From an uncultured virus (IMG/VR IMGVR_UViG_3300031758_000011) (taxonomy: Duplodnaviria > Heunggongvirae > Uroviricota > Caudoviricetes): a stretch of DNA of 64,000 nucleotides. Positions 1 through 11,074 of this stretch are shown in pieces. The stretch's first letter is position 1. Each line of letters begins with the position of its first letter. The notes below the pieces were generated by a model. It searched no databases, was not told where the DNA came from, and was given only the letters and a program-made list of their open reading frames with translations. The translations under genes and the position numbers were made by a program. The stretch covers positions 62,001-126,000 of IMG/VR virus record IMGVR_UViG_3300031758_000011, one strand, 5' to 3'.

Positions 1-1978
1 TAACTTAAAATCGTTTATCCTACCTTCAACAACTTCTGACCCTTTACAAGTTGTTGACAGTTCAATTATTAGTGTTGTTAGGTCAGTAGTAAACAACCAA
101 GCAGACACAAAAGGTTTCTTTGATTATAGTGGTGGTACTTTTACAACCAAAACTGGTTCGACATATGTAAAATATACTTCGTTTAATGACCCTAGCGCAG
201 TAGGTAGCTCTATATTTAGTGGAACAACAAGACTTTACATTAATTCTACTGGTATAACAACTGGTGATTATGTATTGATTAAATATAGTAACTATAAAGG
301 AACACTTTCTGGTGGTACATTAACAGCAAATAGTAACGATAAACCATTACAAAACTTATGGTATAAGATTCAAAGTATGACAGCAGCCACTACTGGTTAT
401 TATGTTAATTTAGATAGACAATTACCAAACTTCAATTTAAGTAACTTTAGTGGTTATTCACAAATTTTTGTTTATGGTGGTGGTGAAGTTAATGATACGT
501 TTGGCGCTGAAACACAAACAGCATATTGGGATTCTAACACATTATCATTTGATTCGTTATGTCCAGTTAACTGTGAAGAAGTTCCAGTTTGGAATATGAA
601 TAATGTATGGTGTGAAACGTTGGCTGGTGTAACTGGTTTATCAACAACAAACTTATACGAAGATTATACAAAATATGGTTCTTATAGTTATTTAGGTAGC
701 AAATACCCTTATTTTAATTTACCTTGTATTTCTTCAGCTAACGCAATACAATTAACGAACCAAGCTTGTGATACTCCAGGTAAAAGCGTGTTGGATGATG
801 TAACGAAATCAATCTCAATCATTCACTATACCAACAATATGGTGTCTAGTATTTACGGTGAGTTTTTCTACACTGATATAGTAAACAACAAATATCTTTA
901 TTTAGATTTACCAGATTTGATGTATCACAGAAGAGATTTTGCTTCTGGATTTGGTACTCAAATGGGTATGAGATTTATCGGTAGTGGTATTACAAACGCT
1001 ATGGATAACGGTTTAGAATACATTGATTTAATAGAAGACCCAACAAGAATTCCATCAAGTGAAACTCCTTTGGTTGTAGGTAAAATATTCCCACAACTTA
1101 AAACAGTTGTTTTCCATGACGATGAGATTGTTGCTGCAATGTCTTATAAATCAAATAGAAACTGGACGTTACCAGAATTAACAGCAACATTATCGGCACC
1201 AAGTGGTGGTACATCAACTGGTATTTTAGGTGTTAACGAAACAATGTATTTAACTTATTCATTGGACAATTTAGGTGTATCATCTGGATTTACTTCAGCG
1301 TTACCTTGTCAAAAATACATTAAAATCACCAACACAACATCAACAGCTAAAGATGTTCAGTTTATGATTAATAGTGTTGATTTATTACCATATATGAGAA
1401 AATTAGAAGATGTTTCATATGATGGTTATGGATTCCATGCATATAAATTTAAATTATTATATCAAATAGTAACAAACATTAATGACAGACCAGATTCTGG
1501 CCTTTGGAAACAATTAGATTACACATCAACAGCAATTACTGGTGTGTCTGGAGAAACAATTAACCCTAGTTTATTAGAGGTTCAAATACCATTAACAAAT
1601 GGTTTCGTATTAGATTTAATAAAAGATGCTTCTTCATCAATATTTGCATTAAATGGTTTAGTTAGTTATGTACCAAACATAAGCCCAAGTAACTTACAAT
1701 TTGGTGATGAAAGATTCTTTTACGGTAATTTAAACACACACATTGGTGCGACTATCTTTAAGACAATTTTTGATATCAGAGTTAATTCTAGCCAATTTAA
1801 TTCAACTACAAACATTACTAGAAGTAGTGACGTAACAACTAACCCACCAAATATTAAAGTAAGTGAAGTGGGTATTTATGATTCAGATAGGAATCTAGTT
1901 TGTATTGGTAAATTAAGCACACCAGTTGCTTTAGCCAATAATAATACAATAACATTAGAATTATCAATTGACTTCTAA
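1..1978 (+). CDS. Virion structural protein (baseplate/tail-associated), 5'-truncated by the window edge
   Basis: Frame is open from nt 2; Ser/Thr/Gly/Asn-rich; C-terminal 'VSEVGIYDSDRNLVCIGKLSTP' motif typical of phage baseplate/tail-collar proteins and shared with the next gene. Confidence 0.65.
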   Translation, partial: NLKSFILPSTTSDPLQVVDSSIISVVRSVVNNQADTKGFFDYSGGTFTTKTGSTYVKYTSFNDPSAVGSSIFSGTTRLYINSTGITTGDYVLIKYSNYKGTLSGGTLTANSNDKPLQNLWYKIQSMTAATTGYYVNLDRQLPNFNLSNFSGYSQIFVYGGGEVNDTFGAETQTAYWDSNTLSFDSLCPVNCEEVPVWNMNNVWCETLAGVTGLSTTNLYEDYTKYGSYSYLGSKYPYFNLPCISSANAIQLTNQACDTPGKSVLDDVTKSISIIHYTNNMVSSIYGEFFYTDIVNNKYLYLDLPDLMYHRRDFASGFGTQMGMRFIGSGITNAMDNGLEYIDLIEDPTRIPSSETPLVVGKIFPQLKTVVFHDDEIVAAMSYKSNRNWTLPELTATLSAPSGGTSTGILGVNETMYLTYSLDNLGVSSGFTSALPCQKYIKITNTTSTAKDVQFMINSVDLLPYMRKLEDVSYDGYGFHAYKFKLLYQIVTNINDRPDSGLWKQLDYTSTAITGVSGETINPSLLEVQIPLTNGFVLDLIKDASSSIFALNGLVSYVPNISPSNLQFGDERFFYGNLNTHIGATIFKTIFDIRVNSSQFNSTTNITRSSDVTTNPPNIKVSEVGIYDSDRNLVCIGKLSTPVALANNNTITLELSIDF

Positions 1979-1980
1979 AA

Positions 1981-3198
1981 ATGGGATTTAATAGTTCAGC
2001 AACATCGATTACATTAACTGCTAAGTTAACACCAATAGGTAGAGAGAAATTAATATCTACTAATAATAATTTAATTAAGTATTTCAGTTTAGGTGATTCT
2101 GATGCTAATTACTATACTAGTTTAACATTATCAACTGGTCAAGTACCATCTATAAATGGTAACATTGGTTATGGTAATACAACTAGTAATAGTACACCAC
2201 CAGTTGTAGGTATTAAAAGTTTTTTAGTTGTAAATCAAAATGGTGATTTAACTAAACCAGTTTCACCTCAATCAATCAATATCTTAACTGAAACTGCAAA
2301 TAATGGTTCAGTAACAATAAGTGGTGCTAATTTAACATATAACTTAGTAAATAGAAATAGCGTTAACTCAGACCCACTAGTTAATTTATTTAGTTCGTTT
2401 AACTTACCTTTAGACTCAATATCAGATATTAATTATACTGGTGTTACAGCACAATCTGGTGGTTATTCAGATACTTGTTTTAGTGGTTTCGCAACTAATA
2501 GAGTATTATTTATTGGAATAAACAATGCTACATATGGTGAAGTTATTGATGGTAAAACAGTTAAATTAGAGTTACCAACTAGTGCTGGTACATATACTTT
2601 ATATAGCACATTCCAATCTAATTCTGGTAGTGTAAATGAACTAGATGCTAATTACAGAGACGTTGCTAATAATGTTGTTTATTTTGGTTTAAATGTTGCT
2701 CCATTATTCAGCGACACAATCAAAAAACCTAACGGTGATTCATCATTAAGTTGGGCTACTGGTTATGGATTATCAAAACCATTTAGCAATAACAACAAAA
2801 GAGCATATAATTTACAAACAAACACAAATTTAGCAGCAACTGCTGACACAGCTGTTGGTATGGCTTATTTAGACAGTGGGTTTATAGCTATAACTAACCC
2901 AACAATTATAAATGATGTGTTAGTTTCTGGTACAACTTTATTTTCTGGTGTTACAGCAACAACATTAACGTTTGATAGTGTATCAACAAATGTAAGCCAA
3001 GTAATATCATGTATTGCAGAAAGAGGTGAATTTGGTGCATCAACTAGCATTTATTTTGGTAATGATGATATTCCAAAAATAACTGAAGTTGGGTTATATG
3101 ATGATTTTGGTAATTTGATTGCTTATGGTAAAACAGATAGACAAATCACTAAAAACGTTAACCAATTTTTAGCCTTATCAATAAAAATTACAATATAA
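1981..3198 (+). CDS. Virion structural protein (baseplate/tail-associated paralog)
   Basis: N-terminal 'LTPIGREKL..IKYFSLGDSD' and C-terminal 'ITEVGLYDDFGNLIAYGK' tail-collar-like motifs. Confidence 0.65.
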   Translation: MGFNSSATSITLTAKLTPIGREKLISTNNNLIKYFSLGDSDANYYTSLTLSTGQVPSINGNIGYGNTTSNSTPPVVGIKSFLVVNQNGDLTKPVSPQSINILTETANNGSVTISGANLTYNLVNRNSVNSDPLVNLFSSFNLPLDSISDINYTGVTAQSGGYSDTCFSGFATNRVLFIGINNATYGEVIDGKTVKLELPTSAGTYTLYSTFQSNSGSVNELDANYRDVANNVVYFGLNVAPLFSDTIKKPNGDSSLSWATGYGLSKPFSNNNKRAYNLQTNTNLAATADTAVGMAYLDSGFIAITNPTIINDVLVSGTTLFSGVTATTLTFDSVSTNVSQVISCIAERGEFGASTSIYFGNDDIPKITEVGLYDDFGNLIAYGKTDRQITKNVNQFLALSIKITI

Positions 3199-3246
3199 CT
3201 ATTTATTTTTTTTAATTTGATTTTAAATTAATACAAAATTAAAATC

Positions 3247-3894
3247 ATGAAAGAAAAACAAAGTTTTTTATTGGCGTTAGATGTTTCGACATCTACAATT
3301 GGTATTGCCTTATTTGAAGATTTTGGTAACAAAGGTGAATTAAGATTATTACACCATGTTTCACCAATAGTTAAACCAAAACCATCTAACAAGATGGAAG
3401 AGTTATTCAAAAAGGTTGAAATATTTGAAACAGAATTTTTATTTAAATACAAAGATATTGGTATTGATAAAGTTGTTATTGAAGAACCTTTATTACAATC
3501 AAACAACGTATATACAATTGCTACATTATTAAGATTTAATGGTATGATATCTAAATCAGTATATGATACTTTAGGTATTGTACCAGAGTTTATTTCATCT
3601 TATGACGCTAGACAATATTCATTCCCAGAATTAATGGCTGTTAGAACATTTAAAAAAGATGGAACTCCTTTGAATGAAAAACAAATTGCTAAGAACAAAC
3701 CAGTGTTATTTGGTGGTTATCCTTTTGACGTTGATAAAAAATATGTGCTTTGGGAAAAGGTTGCTGAATTAGAACCACAAGTAACTTGGTTCTATGACAA
3801 AAACAACAAACTTAAAAAAGAAACGTTTGACACATCAGATGCATATGTCGCTGGTATAGGGTTCATGTATAAAAATAATCTTTGGGATAGATAA
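3247..3894 (+). CDS. RuvC-like Holliday junction resolvase
   Basis: LALDVSTSTIG first strand, VVIEEP, C-terminal DTSDA acidic pair. Confidence 0.8.
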   Translation: MKEKQSFLLALDVSTSTIGIALFEDFGNKGELRLLHHVSPIVKPKPSNKMEELFKKVEIFETEFLFKYKDIGIDKVVIEEPLLQSNNVYTIATLLRFNGMISKSVYDTLGIVPEFISSYDARQYSFPELMAVRTFKKDGTPLNEKQIAKNKPVLFGGYPFDVDKKYVLWEKVAELEPQVTWFYDKNNKLKKETFDTSDAYVAGIGFMYKNNLWDR

Positions 3895-3946
3895 TTATTT
3901 TAAACAAATATTTGTAAATGGTTTATTATTTTTGTAATTTTGAACC

Positions 3947-4888
3947 GTGAACGAATATTTGGTATACATACTAGAAAGTTTTTTAGGTCCTCATAGAAAA
4001 TATAATGAGGAAACGGGGCAGATTGCCTTTGATTGTCCAGCATGCGCTGAAGACAAAGATATGCCAGAGGGTGACGGTAAAGGTAACTTAGAAGTTAACT
4101 ACGAAGAATCAGTTTTTAAATGTTGGTCATGTAAAGAAAAAAACAACATGTATGGTTCAGTATACAAATTACTTAAACGTTACGGTTCACCAAAAAACTT
4201 ACGTGATTATGTATTGATTAAACCAGATATCAGCATATCTGAAAAGGAAAAAAAGAAAATCATACTTACATTACCAGAAGGTTATAAAGAACTATCTAAA
4301 TGCAAAGGTAATGAATACAGATACAATCAAGCTATTGGATATTTACGTGAAAGAGGAATCACTGATGAAATAATCAAAGATTATAAAATAGGGTTTACTA
4401 CCAGCGGTAAGTATTTCAACAGAGTAATAATACCATCTTATGATTCAGAAGGTGAATTAAATTATTTTATAGCTAGATGGTTTCCAAAAGATTTTACTAA
4501 ACTTAAATATTTAAACCCAGATGTTGAAAAGCAAGAAATAGTTTTTAATGAAGGTAAAATAAATTGGGATTCTACAATATATTTGGTTGAAGGTGCAACA
4601 GACCATATAGTCACACCTAACTCAATACCGTTATTGGGGAAATACTTACCAGAACAATTATTGGACTTGTTACAAGAAAAAGCAAAAGCGTATGTTGTTA
4701 TCGTAATGGATGATGACGCTTATGACGATACTGTTAGGTTATACCATGAAATTAACTTTGGTGAGCTTAGAGGCAAAGTTAAGGTGGTTAAGTGTCCAGA
4801 GGGTTATGACCCATCTAAACTATTTGAAAAGTTTGGTAGTAAAGGTATTATTCAATTACTTAAAAGTGCGTATAAGTTAACTATTTGA
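3947..4888 (+). CDS. DNA primase (Zn finger + TOPRIM)
   Basis: CPAC...CWSC zinc finger, YLRERGI, RVIIP, KYLNP, LVEG, MDDDA. Confidence 0.9.
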   Translation: MNEYLVYILESFLGPHRKYNEETGQIAFDCPACAEDKDMPEGDGKGNLEVNYEESVFKCWSCKEKNNMYGSVYKLLKRYGSPKNLRDYVLIKPDISISEKEKKKIILTLPEGYKELSKCKGNEYRYNQAIGYLRERGITDEIIKDYKIGFTTSGKYFNRVIIPSYDSEGELNYFIARWFPKDFTKLKYLNPDVEKQEIVFNEGKINWDSTIYLVEGATDHIVTPNSIPLLGKYLPEQLLDLLQEKAKAYVVIVMDDDAYDDTVRLYHEINFGELRGKVKVVKCPEGYDPSKLFEKFGSKGIIQLLKSAYKLTI

Positions 4889-4889
4889 A

Positions 4890-5396
4890 TTATTTCATAA
4901 AATCAATTAACTGATTTTTAATAGGATTATCAATTAAAGTGACTAAAATACCTTTACTAGATTCAATACATTCTAATTTAGAATCAGTTTTACAGAACTT
5001 ATTAAACATACCAAATAAATTAGGGTTGATTGTTCTACCTTTGCTTAAATATGCATGACCAAATTCATAAATAAATTTTTTAAGTATCTTAGAACCTATT
5101 TTTTTATTTTCTAAATTTTTATTTAAGAAAATATGGGGATGATATATAAAATCTTTTATTATTTGAACATAAAATTGAATTGAATCAGATAATATTTCTA
5201 AACTTGGGTCGTTAAATTTAATTTTTAAATACATTTTATCGTTACCGTCATCACCATTTTCTAAAATTTCAAAATCGTTTAAACCTATTGTTGATATTTT
5301 AGTTAATAACTCAGAATCAATATCTATGTGTTTAGGTAACTCAAATGATTTATCATCTAACATCTCTTTTAATAATTTTTTAATAAATGTTTTCAT
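4890..5396 (-). CDS. Hypothetical protein with N-terminal 'MKTFIKKLLKE' motif
   Basis: ORF track 4890..5426; start moved to the ATG at 5396, 17 nt behind a TATTTAT motif on the minus strand. Confidence 0.65.
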   Translation of the reverse strand: MKTFIKKLLKEMLDDKSFELPKHIDIDSELLTKISTIGLNDFEILENGDDGNDKMYLKIKFNDPSLEILSDSIQFYVQIIKDFIYHPHIFLNKNLENKKIGSKILKKFIYEFGHAYLSKGRTINPNLFGMFNKFCKTDSKLECIESSKGILVTLIDNPIKNQLIDFMK

Positions 5397-5468
5397 TAAA
5401 TAAAGTTTATTGATAAATAGTTGCAAAGTGATTAAAAATATAGTATATTTGCATTAAAATAAAATAAA

Positions 5469-6251
5469 ATGAGTAAAGCAAGATTATGGGAAGGTCCAGT
5501 ATATCTAGAACCTATTGAACATAAATATCATCATAGAGTAACTGGTAAAATATATAAATCAGTTACTACTACTTTGACATCTATAGAACCACATTTTGAT
5601 TCAGAAGCGGTTTCTATGGCTATTGTCAATCAAGCTGATAATGTTAAACAAGAGAAATATATCGGTATGTCTCAACAACAAATATTAGAATATTGGCAAA
5701 TGTTAAATGATGAAGCGAACATTTACGGTTCTAAAGTTCACGACATCGTTGAAAGATATTTATTAGCAAACAAATGGTATTTCCCAGATGACACTGAAGA
5801 CGGTCAATTTGAACAAAAAGTTATTGATGGGTATGAAGCGTTAAAAATTGATGAAGGTGTTGCCATATGGCCAGAAAGAATATTATTTGCTGAACAATAT
5901 GAGTTAGCTGGTATGTCTGACCTTATTATTGATATTGATGATGTATATTTTGATGTTTGGGACTGGAAGACAAACCGAGAGTTTAATTTCTTTGACCCAT
6001 TTGGTTTTAAAACGCTTTTTAAGCCATTTGACCACATGCAAGCATGTCAATGGTCAGTTTATACATTACAGTTGTCTGTATACGCTTATATGTACGAATT
6101 AGAGTTCCCTAAAAGAAAATGTAGACAAATTAGAATTGGATATTGGGATAAAGAAAAAATGTCATTTGAAAAGATACAAATAATGTATATGAAAAACGAA
6201 GCTAAGAAGTTAGTTGAAATGCATTACTATAACTTAATGAAAAACGCATAA
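5469..6251 (+). CDS. PD-(D/E)xK exonuclease
   Basis: SVTT, GSKVH, E..L, AGMSDL, DWKT, QLSVY motifs. Confidence 0.85.
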   Translation: MSKARLWEGPVYLEPIEHKYHHRVTGKIYKSVTTTLTSIEPHFDSEAVSMAIVNQADNVKQEKYIGMSQQQILEYWQMLNDEANIYGSKVHDIVERYLLANKWYFPDDTEDGQFEQKVIDGYEALKIDEGVAIWPERILFAEQYELAGMSDLIIDIDDVYFDVWDWKTNREFNFFDPFGFKTLFKPFDHMQACQWSVYTLQLSVYAYMYELEFPKRKCRQIRIGYWDKEKMSFEKIQIMYMKNEAKKLVEMHYYNLMKNA

Positions 6252-6252
6252 T

Positions 6253-6612
6253 ATGATAAAGAATAAAGATAAGATAATTGAAAGTGATTTACTAACAGAA
6301 AATGAAAAGAAATTAATTTTATTTGTTTTGGGTAGACAATTTATAATGGGTGAATGTGTCGTAACTAATGAGGAATTAATTGAAGAATTAGAATTAACCA
6401 AATATCATTTATCAAAAGTTACAAAATCATTAAATGCTAAGAAATTTTTTAAAAGTGGTGGTGATGTAGCTGGTTATAGCCATATAAAACACTATGGTTA
6501 TAATGGTTTTAGAAATATTGGTAAAAATAAAAGAATAATAATAAATGAAATATTATTAGAAAGTTTTTTAGATGGTAAAGAATTAGAGATTGAAAAAATA
6601 CAAAAAAAATAA
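6253..6612 (+). CDS. Hypothetical protein, possible winged helix-turn-helix
   Basis: 'TNEELIEELELTKYHLSKVTKSL' HTH-like pattern. Confidence 0.5.
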   Translation: MIKNKDKIIESDLLTENEKKLILFVLGRQFIMGECVVTNEELIEELELTKYHLSKVTKSLNAKKFFKSGGDVAGYSHIKHYGYNGFRNIGKNKRIIINEILLESFLDGKELEIEKIQKK

Positions 6613-6618
6613 TTATAA

Positions 6619-7431
6619 ATGATAAAAAAAGTAGTACACTTAGCTGATATACATATCAGAACACTTAGAATGCATGATGAATACAAAGATGTGTTCAAAA
6701 CATTATTGGGTGATTTGAGAGAATTATTAGCTGATTATAGCAGAGAAGAAATTAGAATAGTTATTGCTGGTGATTTGGTTCACCAAAAGATTGTTATTTC
6801 TAATGAGATGTTAATTTTAGGTACATGGTTCCTAAGAAAGTTAGAAGAGATAGCACCAGTTATTATAATTGCTGGTAACCATGATTTATTAGAAAATAAC
6901 GCTAATCGTATGGATAGTATTTCACCTATGGTACAATTCTTGGGTGATAAAGAAATAAACTATTTCAAAGAATCTAAATGTTATTTAGATGACAATATTG
7001 TTTGGTGTGCGTATTCTATTTTTGAAGAAAACGCTAGACCAGACATTGAAGGTGCTAGAATTGAATTTGGAGATGACAAAACATATATCGGTTTGTTTCA
7101 TGCGCCAATAATCAACGCTAAAACTGATATTGGTTATGAAATCGACCATGGTGCTGAATTAGATATATTTGAAGGTTGTGATATTGCAATGTTAGGTGAT
7201 ATACATAAACGACAAATATTTAACCATAAAGGTATTATGATAGCTTACCCATCATCACTGATTCAACAAAATTTTGGTGAGAATGTTAGTAAACATGGTT
7301 TCTTATTATGGGATGTCGAAACTAAAACATATACTGAACATGATGTTGATAACAAATATCCATTCTATCAATTTAAAATAACATCATTGGAAGATATTGA
7401 AAATGGTGAAGAAAAACTAACTAATTTATGA
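6619..7431 (+). CDS. SbcD/Mre11-family nuclease (T4 gp47-like)
   Basis: DIH, GDLVH, GNHD, FH, GDIH metallophosphoesterase motifs; partner of the SbcC gene downstream. Confidence 0.9.
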   Translation: MIKKVVHLADIHIRTLRMHDEYKDVFKTLLGDLRELLADYSREEIRIVIAGDLVHQKIVISNEMLILGTWFLRKLEEIAPVIIIAGNHDLLENNANRMDSISPMVQFLGDKEINYFKESKCYLDDNIVWCAYSIFEENARPDIEGARIEFGDDKTYIGLFHAPIINAKTDIGYEIDHGAELDIFEGCDIAMLGDIHKRQIFNHKGIMIAYPSSLIQQNFGENVSKHGFLLWDVETKTYTEHDVDNKYPFYQFKITSLEDIENGEEKLTNL

Positions 7432-7658
7432 AACTAAGCGAATTAAAAGAGTTTATTAACTCTCTACCAGAAGAAATGAATGATTTCACCGTTGTTAATG
7501 GTGAATATGGGTTTGTAGACCCAGAAAACGAAGAAGGATTTATCTATAGAGTTGATAAACCAGTATTAGCAATAAATGTTGATGAGAAAGACCATGAAGT
7601 TGTGTTGCTACATCAAACACGTGAAGATTTAACAAAAGTGGACCTTGGAGATATCTAA
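7428..7658 (+). CDS. Hypothetical protein
   Basis: ORF tightly coupled within the operon. Confidence 0.6.
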   Translation: MKLSELKEFINSLPEEMNDFTVVNGEYGFVDPENEEGFIYRVDKPVLAINVDEKDHEVVLLHQTREDLTKVDLGDI

Positions 7659-8058
7659 ACAATTAAAAGATGAGATTTGGGATTATTGCAGAGCCAATAA
7701 TATAACCAATATTGACGAATTCACAATGAAAATTCTTAGACAAGGATTTACCGTTGAGAAATTTGGCGCTACACCACAAACTGTAGAGAAAGTGGTTGAA
7801 AAGGTAGTCGAAGTTCCAGTTGAAAAGATTGTTGAAAAAATAGTGGAAGTAAAAGTTGAAGTTCCAGTTGAAAAGGAAGTTTATATAACTGATAATTCTA
7901 ATAACGAAGAATTAGCGAACAAAATAAAAGACCTAGAAGCTGAACGTAACAAATACAAAGAAGAGTCTAAAGACTTTGAACAAAAATGGAACGATACTTT
8001 AGAAAAATTAAGAGAAGAGTTAAAAAAGAAAAACAAAAGAGATTTATATGGAGAATAG
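7645..8058 (+). CDS. Hypothetical coiled-coil protein with VEKVVEVP repeats
   Basis: ORF track; low-complexity VEK repeats. Confidence 0.65.
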   Translation: MEISKQLKDEIWDYCRANNITNIDEFTMKILRQGFTVEKFGATPQTVEKVVEKVVEVPVEKIVEKIVEVKVEVPVEKEVYITDNSNNEELANKIKDLEAERNKYKEESKDFEQKWNDTLEKLREELKKKNKRDLYGE

Positions 8059-10417
8059 TATTGTAGTATCAGATATCAAAGCGATATCACCTTATGCGAA
8101 GATAAAAGTTTATTGGGATGACCAACCACATAATTACAGCAGAGAAGCTAAAAACAAAATTAGAAATTACTTTGCTACTAAATATGGTGTTAACAAAAAC
8201 AACATAAACGTAATATATCGTCCAGTTAAAAAGACTGCCAATGGTGACCTTATTGAAATCACTGGCGCTGGTATTGAAAACATAATGGATGTTAACTATC
8301 AAAGAGCCCTTATGAAGGAGTTAATTGATAGAGATGGTAAGAATGTTGACTTTAATAGAATACTTGCGTTAGATGACAAAGTTAACGGTGAATTAAACGT
8401 TGATGTTAATGAAACACAACATAGAAGTTGGAGTGTTAAATGGTTAATGATTAATAACCTATTATCATTTGGTGAAGATAACTATATTCCATTTACAAAA
8501 TTAAGAGGGTTGAACATAGTAAATTCAATCCCATCTAACCAAGGTGGTAAAACTACAATGACTATTGACGCTATGAAGTTTTTGTTACATGGTAATACGA
8601 CAAAAACAGATACTAATGAACAAGTATTTAATCAATATAGTGACAAAAATGAATTGACTGTTCGTGGTATGATTGAAATCGAAGGTGAAGAAATCATCAT
8701 TGAACGTAAGATGAAAAGAACTGCTAAGAAAGGTGGTGGTTGGACTATTGTTAACAAAGTTAATTATTATGAGTTATTACCAGATGGTGAAGAAAAACAA
8801 TTAAATGAAGAAGACGCTACTAGAACAACCAAAAAGATAAAAGAAAGTATTGGTAGTGAAAAAGACTTTGAGATGCTTGTATTGGCAACTGAAAATAATC
8901 TAGATGATTTGATTGGTTTAACAACAACTGAATCTGGTAAAGTATTGACTAGACTTATTGGTTTAGAAATATTAGAACTTAAAGAAAAAGCTGTTAGAGA
9001 AATGTATAACGAATTCGCTAGAAAGAAAAAATCTAATGAATATGATGTTATTACACTTACTGAAGAAATAGATGACCATAATGAAAAGGGTCAATTGGCT
9101 GCTGAATTAGAAATTAGTTTAAATGAGAAGTTAGAAAAAGCTAAAACAGATATTGCTGATTTAAACGCTGAAAATGATAAATTAATAAACAGCAAAGAAA
9201 AAATAGATGTTACTATTTCTGAATTAAACCCATCTAACTTAGAAAAAGAAATTGCTGATTTGATTGAAAAAGGTGTTAAACTAAAAGAAAGTGTTGATGA
9301 ATATGTTGTTAAAATAAATGAGATTGGTGAGGTATCTTTTGATGAAGACCATCATCATGAGTTAACAAAAGAGTTATCATCACAAACATCTTCAAAGGCT
9401 GTTAAAGAAGCTGAAATAACTAGACTTGAAAAAGTTGTTACCGACTTAATTGCTGGAGGTATCTGTCAATCATGTAACAGAAAATTAGATGATGTTGATA
9501 ACTCTGAACACATTGCTAAACATGAATCAGATATTGAAAAAATCAAAAAAGAAGTTACTAAACTAGATGCTAGTATCAAGAATATAAATAAAGAATTAGA
9601 AACGTTAAATAAGACCAAAGAACTTATTGATGACAAAAACAAATATGAATTAAATAGAGATAGATTAGAAGTTCAGATTGGTTCATTAAAAAATGATATT
9701 GTCGCTAAACGTAATGATTTGAAAAAATACAAACTTAATTTAGATGCTATTGAATTAAACAAGAAAATTGATAGTGAACTATCTAAAATTAAAACAGATA
9801 TTTCTGTGTTGGAATTTTCTAAAGATGATATTATCGCTAAAATAGAACGTGTTAAAACTGAAATTAAAAACCACAAACTTGGTGTTGAAACTAAAACCAA
9901 ATTGATTGAGACTATTAAAAAAGAAGAAGAAATAGATAAGATTTTTAAAATCTATATTGATTTGGTTGGTAAAAAAGGAATTAGCAAATTAGTGTTGCGT
10001 TCTGTGTTACCAATTATAAATTCTGAAATACAAAGATTGTTAGATGAAGTTGTAGATTTCGATGTTGAGATATTTATTAATGATAAGAATGATGTTCAGT
10101 TTTTATTAGTTAAAGACGGTGTGTCAAAATTATTAAAATCTGGTTCTGGTTTAGAGAAAACAGCGGCTAGTTTAGCGTTAAGAGCTGTGTTAGGTAAACT
10201 ATCAACTCTACCAATGCCAAATTTTATAACGTTTGATGAAGTTTTAGGTAAAGTAGCACAAGACAACATTGAGAAGTTAAAAACGTTATTTGATAAAATA
10301 AAAGAAATGTATGAAATAGTGTTCTTTATAACACACAATGATATTGTTAAAGATTGGGGTGACAATGTAGTTACAGTAATCAAAAAAGATAACATATCAA
10401 AAATAACTATTAAATAA
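8048..10417 (+). CDS. SbcC/Rad50-family ATPase (T4 gp46-like)
   Basis: Walker A NQGGKTT, long coiled coil with CQSC zinc hook, signature SGLEK, Walker B FDEV, ITHN. Confidence 0.92.
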   Translation: MENSIVVSDIKAISPYAKIKVYWDDQPHNYSREAKNKIRNYFATKYGVNKNNINVIYRPVKKTANGDLIEITGAGIENIMDVNYQRALMKELIDRDGKNVDFNRILALDDKVNGELNVDVNETQHRSWSVKWLMINNLLSFGEDNYIPFTKLRGLNIVNSIPSNQGGKTTMTIDAMKFLLHGNTTKTDTNEQVFNQYSDKNELTVRGMIEIEGEEIIIERKMKRTAKKGGGWTIVNKVNYYELLPDGEEKQLNEEDATRTTKKIKESIGSEKDFEMLVLATENNLDDLIGLTTTESGKVLTRLIGLEILELKEKAVREMYNEFARKKKSNEYDVITLTEEIDDHNEKGQLAAELEISLNEKLEKAKTDIADLNAENDKLINSKEKIDVTISELNPSNLEKEIADLIEKGVKLKESVDEYVVKINEIGEVSFDEDHHHELTKELSSQTSSKAVKEAEITRLEKVVTDLIAGGICQSCNRKLDDVDNSEHIAKHESDIEKIKKEVTKLDASIKNINKELETLNKTKELIDDKNKYELNRDRLEVQIGSLKNDIVAKRNDLKKYKLNLDAIELNKKIDSELSKIKTDISVLEFSKDDIIAKIERVKTEIKNHKLGVETKTKLIETIKKEEEIDKIFKIYIDLVGKKGISKLVLRSVLPIINSEIQRLLDEVVDFDVEIFINDKNDVQFLLVKDGVSKLLKSGSGLEKTAASLALRAVLGKLSTLPMPNFITFDEVLGKVAQDNIEKLKTLFDKIKEMYEIVFFITHNDIVKDWGDNVVTVIKKDNISKITIK

Positions 10418-10464
10418 TTGCATATTTAATATTAAAATTGTACATTAGTTAAAAAAAAGGGGGT

Positions 10465-10998
10465 ATGGAATTTAAAAATTATTGTGTAATAATAATGGGT
10501 GATACTAAAAATGTTATCGCTGAGATAGAAAAAATCAGCGATAATAAACCCAATATATTGGATGCCAAAGGTATCATTATTGCTACACTATCATCAGCGT
10601 TAACGGTTGGCGAAATAAACGAGTGGTTTAAATTACAAAACAGAAGTTTTTTTGTTTTTGATTTAAATCCTAAATCTTCTGGATATCACATTGCAAAAGA
10701 AGAAATCCATGAAGGGTTATTTGGTTTTTTAAAAGAATCTGATTCTATCTTAACTAAAAGAATGAATGATTTATTAGATGCTATTGAAGACGCTAAAATC
10801 ATCAAAGAAAATAGTAAAAAAATAAAATTAGAAGTTAAAGAAGTTAAAGGTAGTATAAGACCAAGAAGGTTAACTGAAGAAGAAATTGAAAATATGACTC
10901 TTAAAGAAAAACAAGAAGCGATGAATAAAATCATAGATTCTGGGGTTGAAAAATTAACAGATTATGATAAAAAAATGTTGACCCTTTTGGCTAAATAA
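10465..10998 (+). CDS. Hypothetical protein
   Basis: ORF track. Confidence 0.6.
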   Translation: MEFKNYCVIIMGDTKNVIAEIEKISDNKPNILDAKGIIIATLSSALTVGEINEWFKLQNRSFFVFDLNPKSSGYHIAKEEIHEGLFGFLKESDSILTKRMNDLLDAIEDAKIIKENSKKIKLEVKEVKGSIRPRRLTEEEIENMTLKEKQEAMNKIIDSGVEKLTDYDKKMLTLLAK

Positions 10999-11074
10999 AG
11001 GATATAAAGTATTGACTTTTAAGAAAATATCCTTATATTTAAAAAGAATAACATGAAGAGTAACAATAGTATTA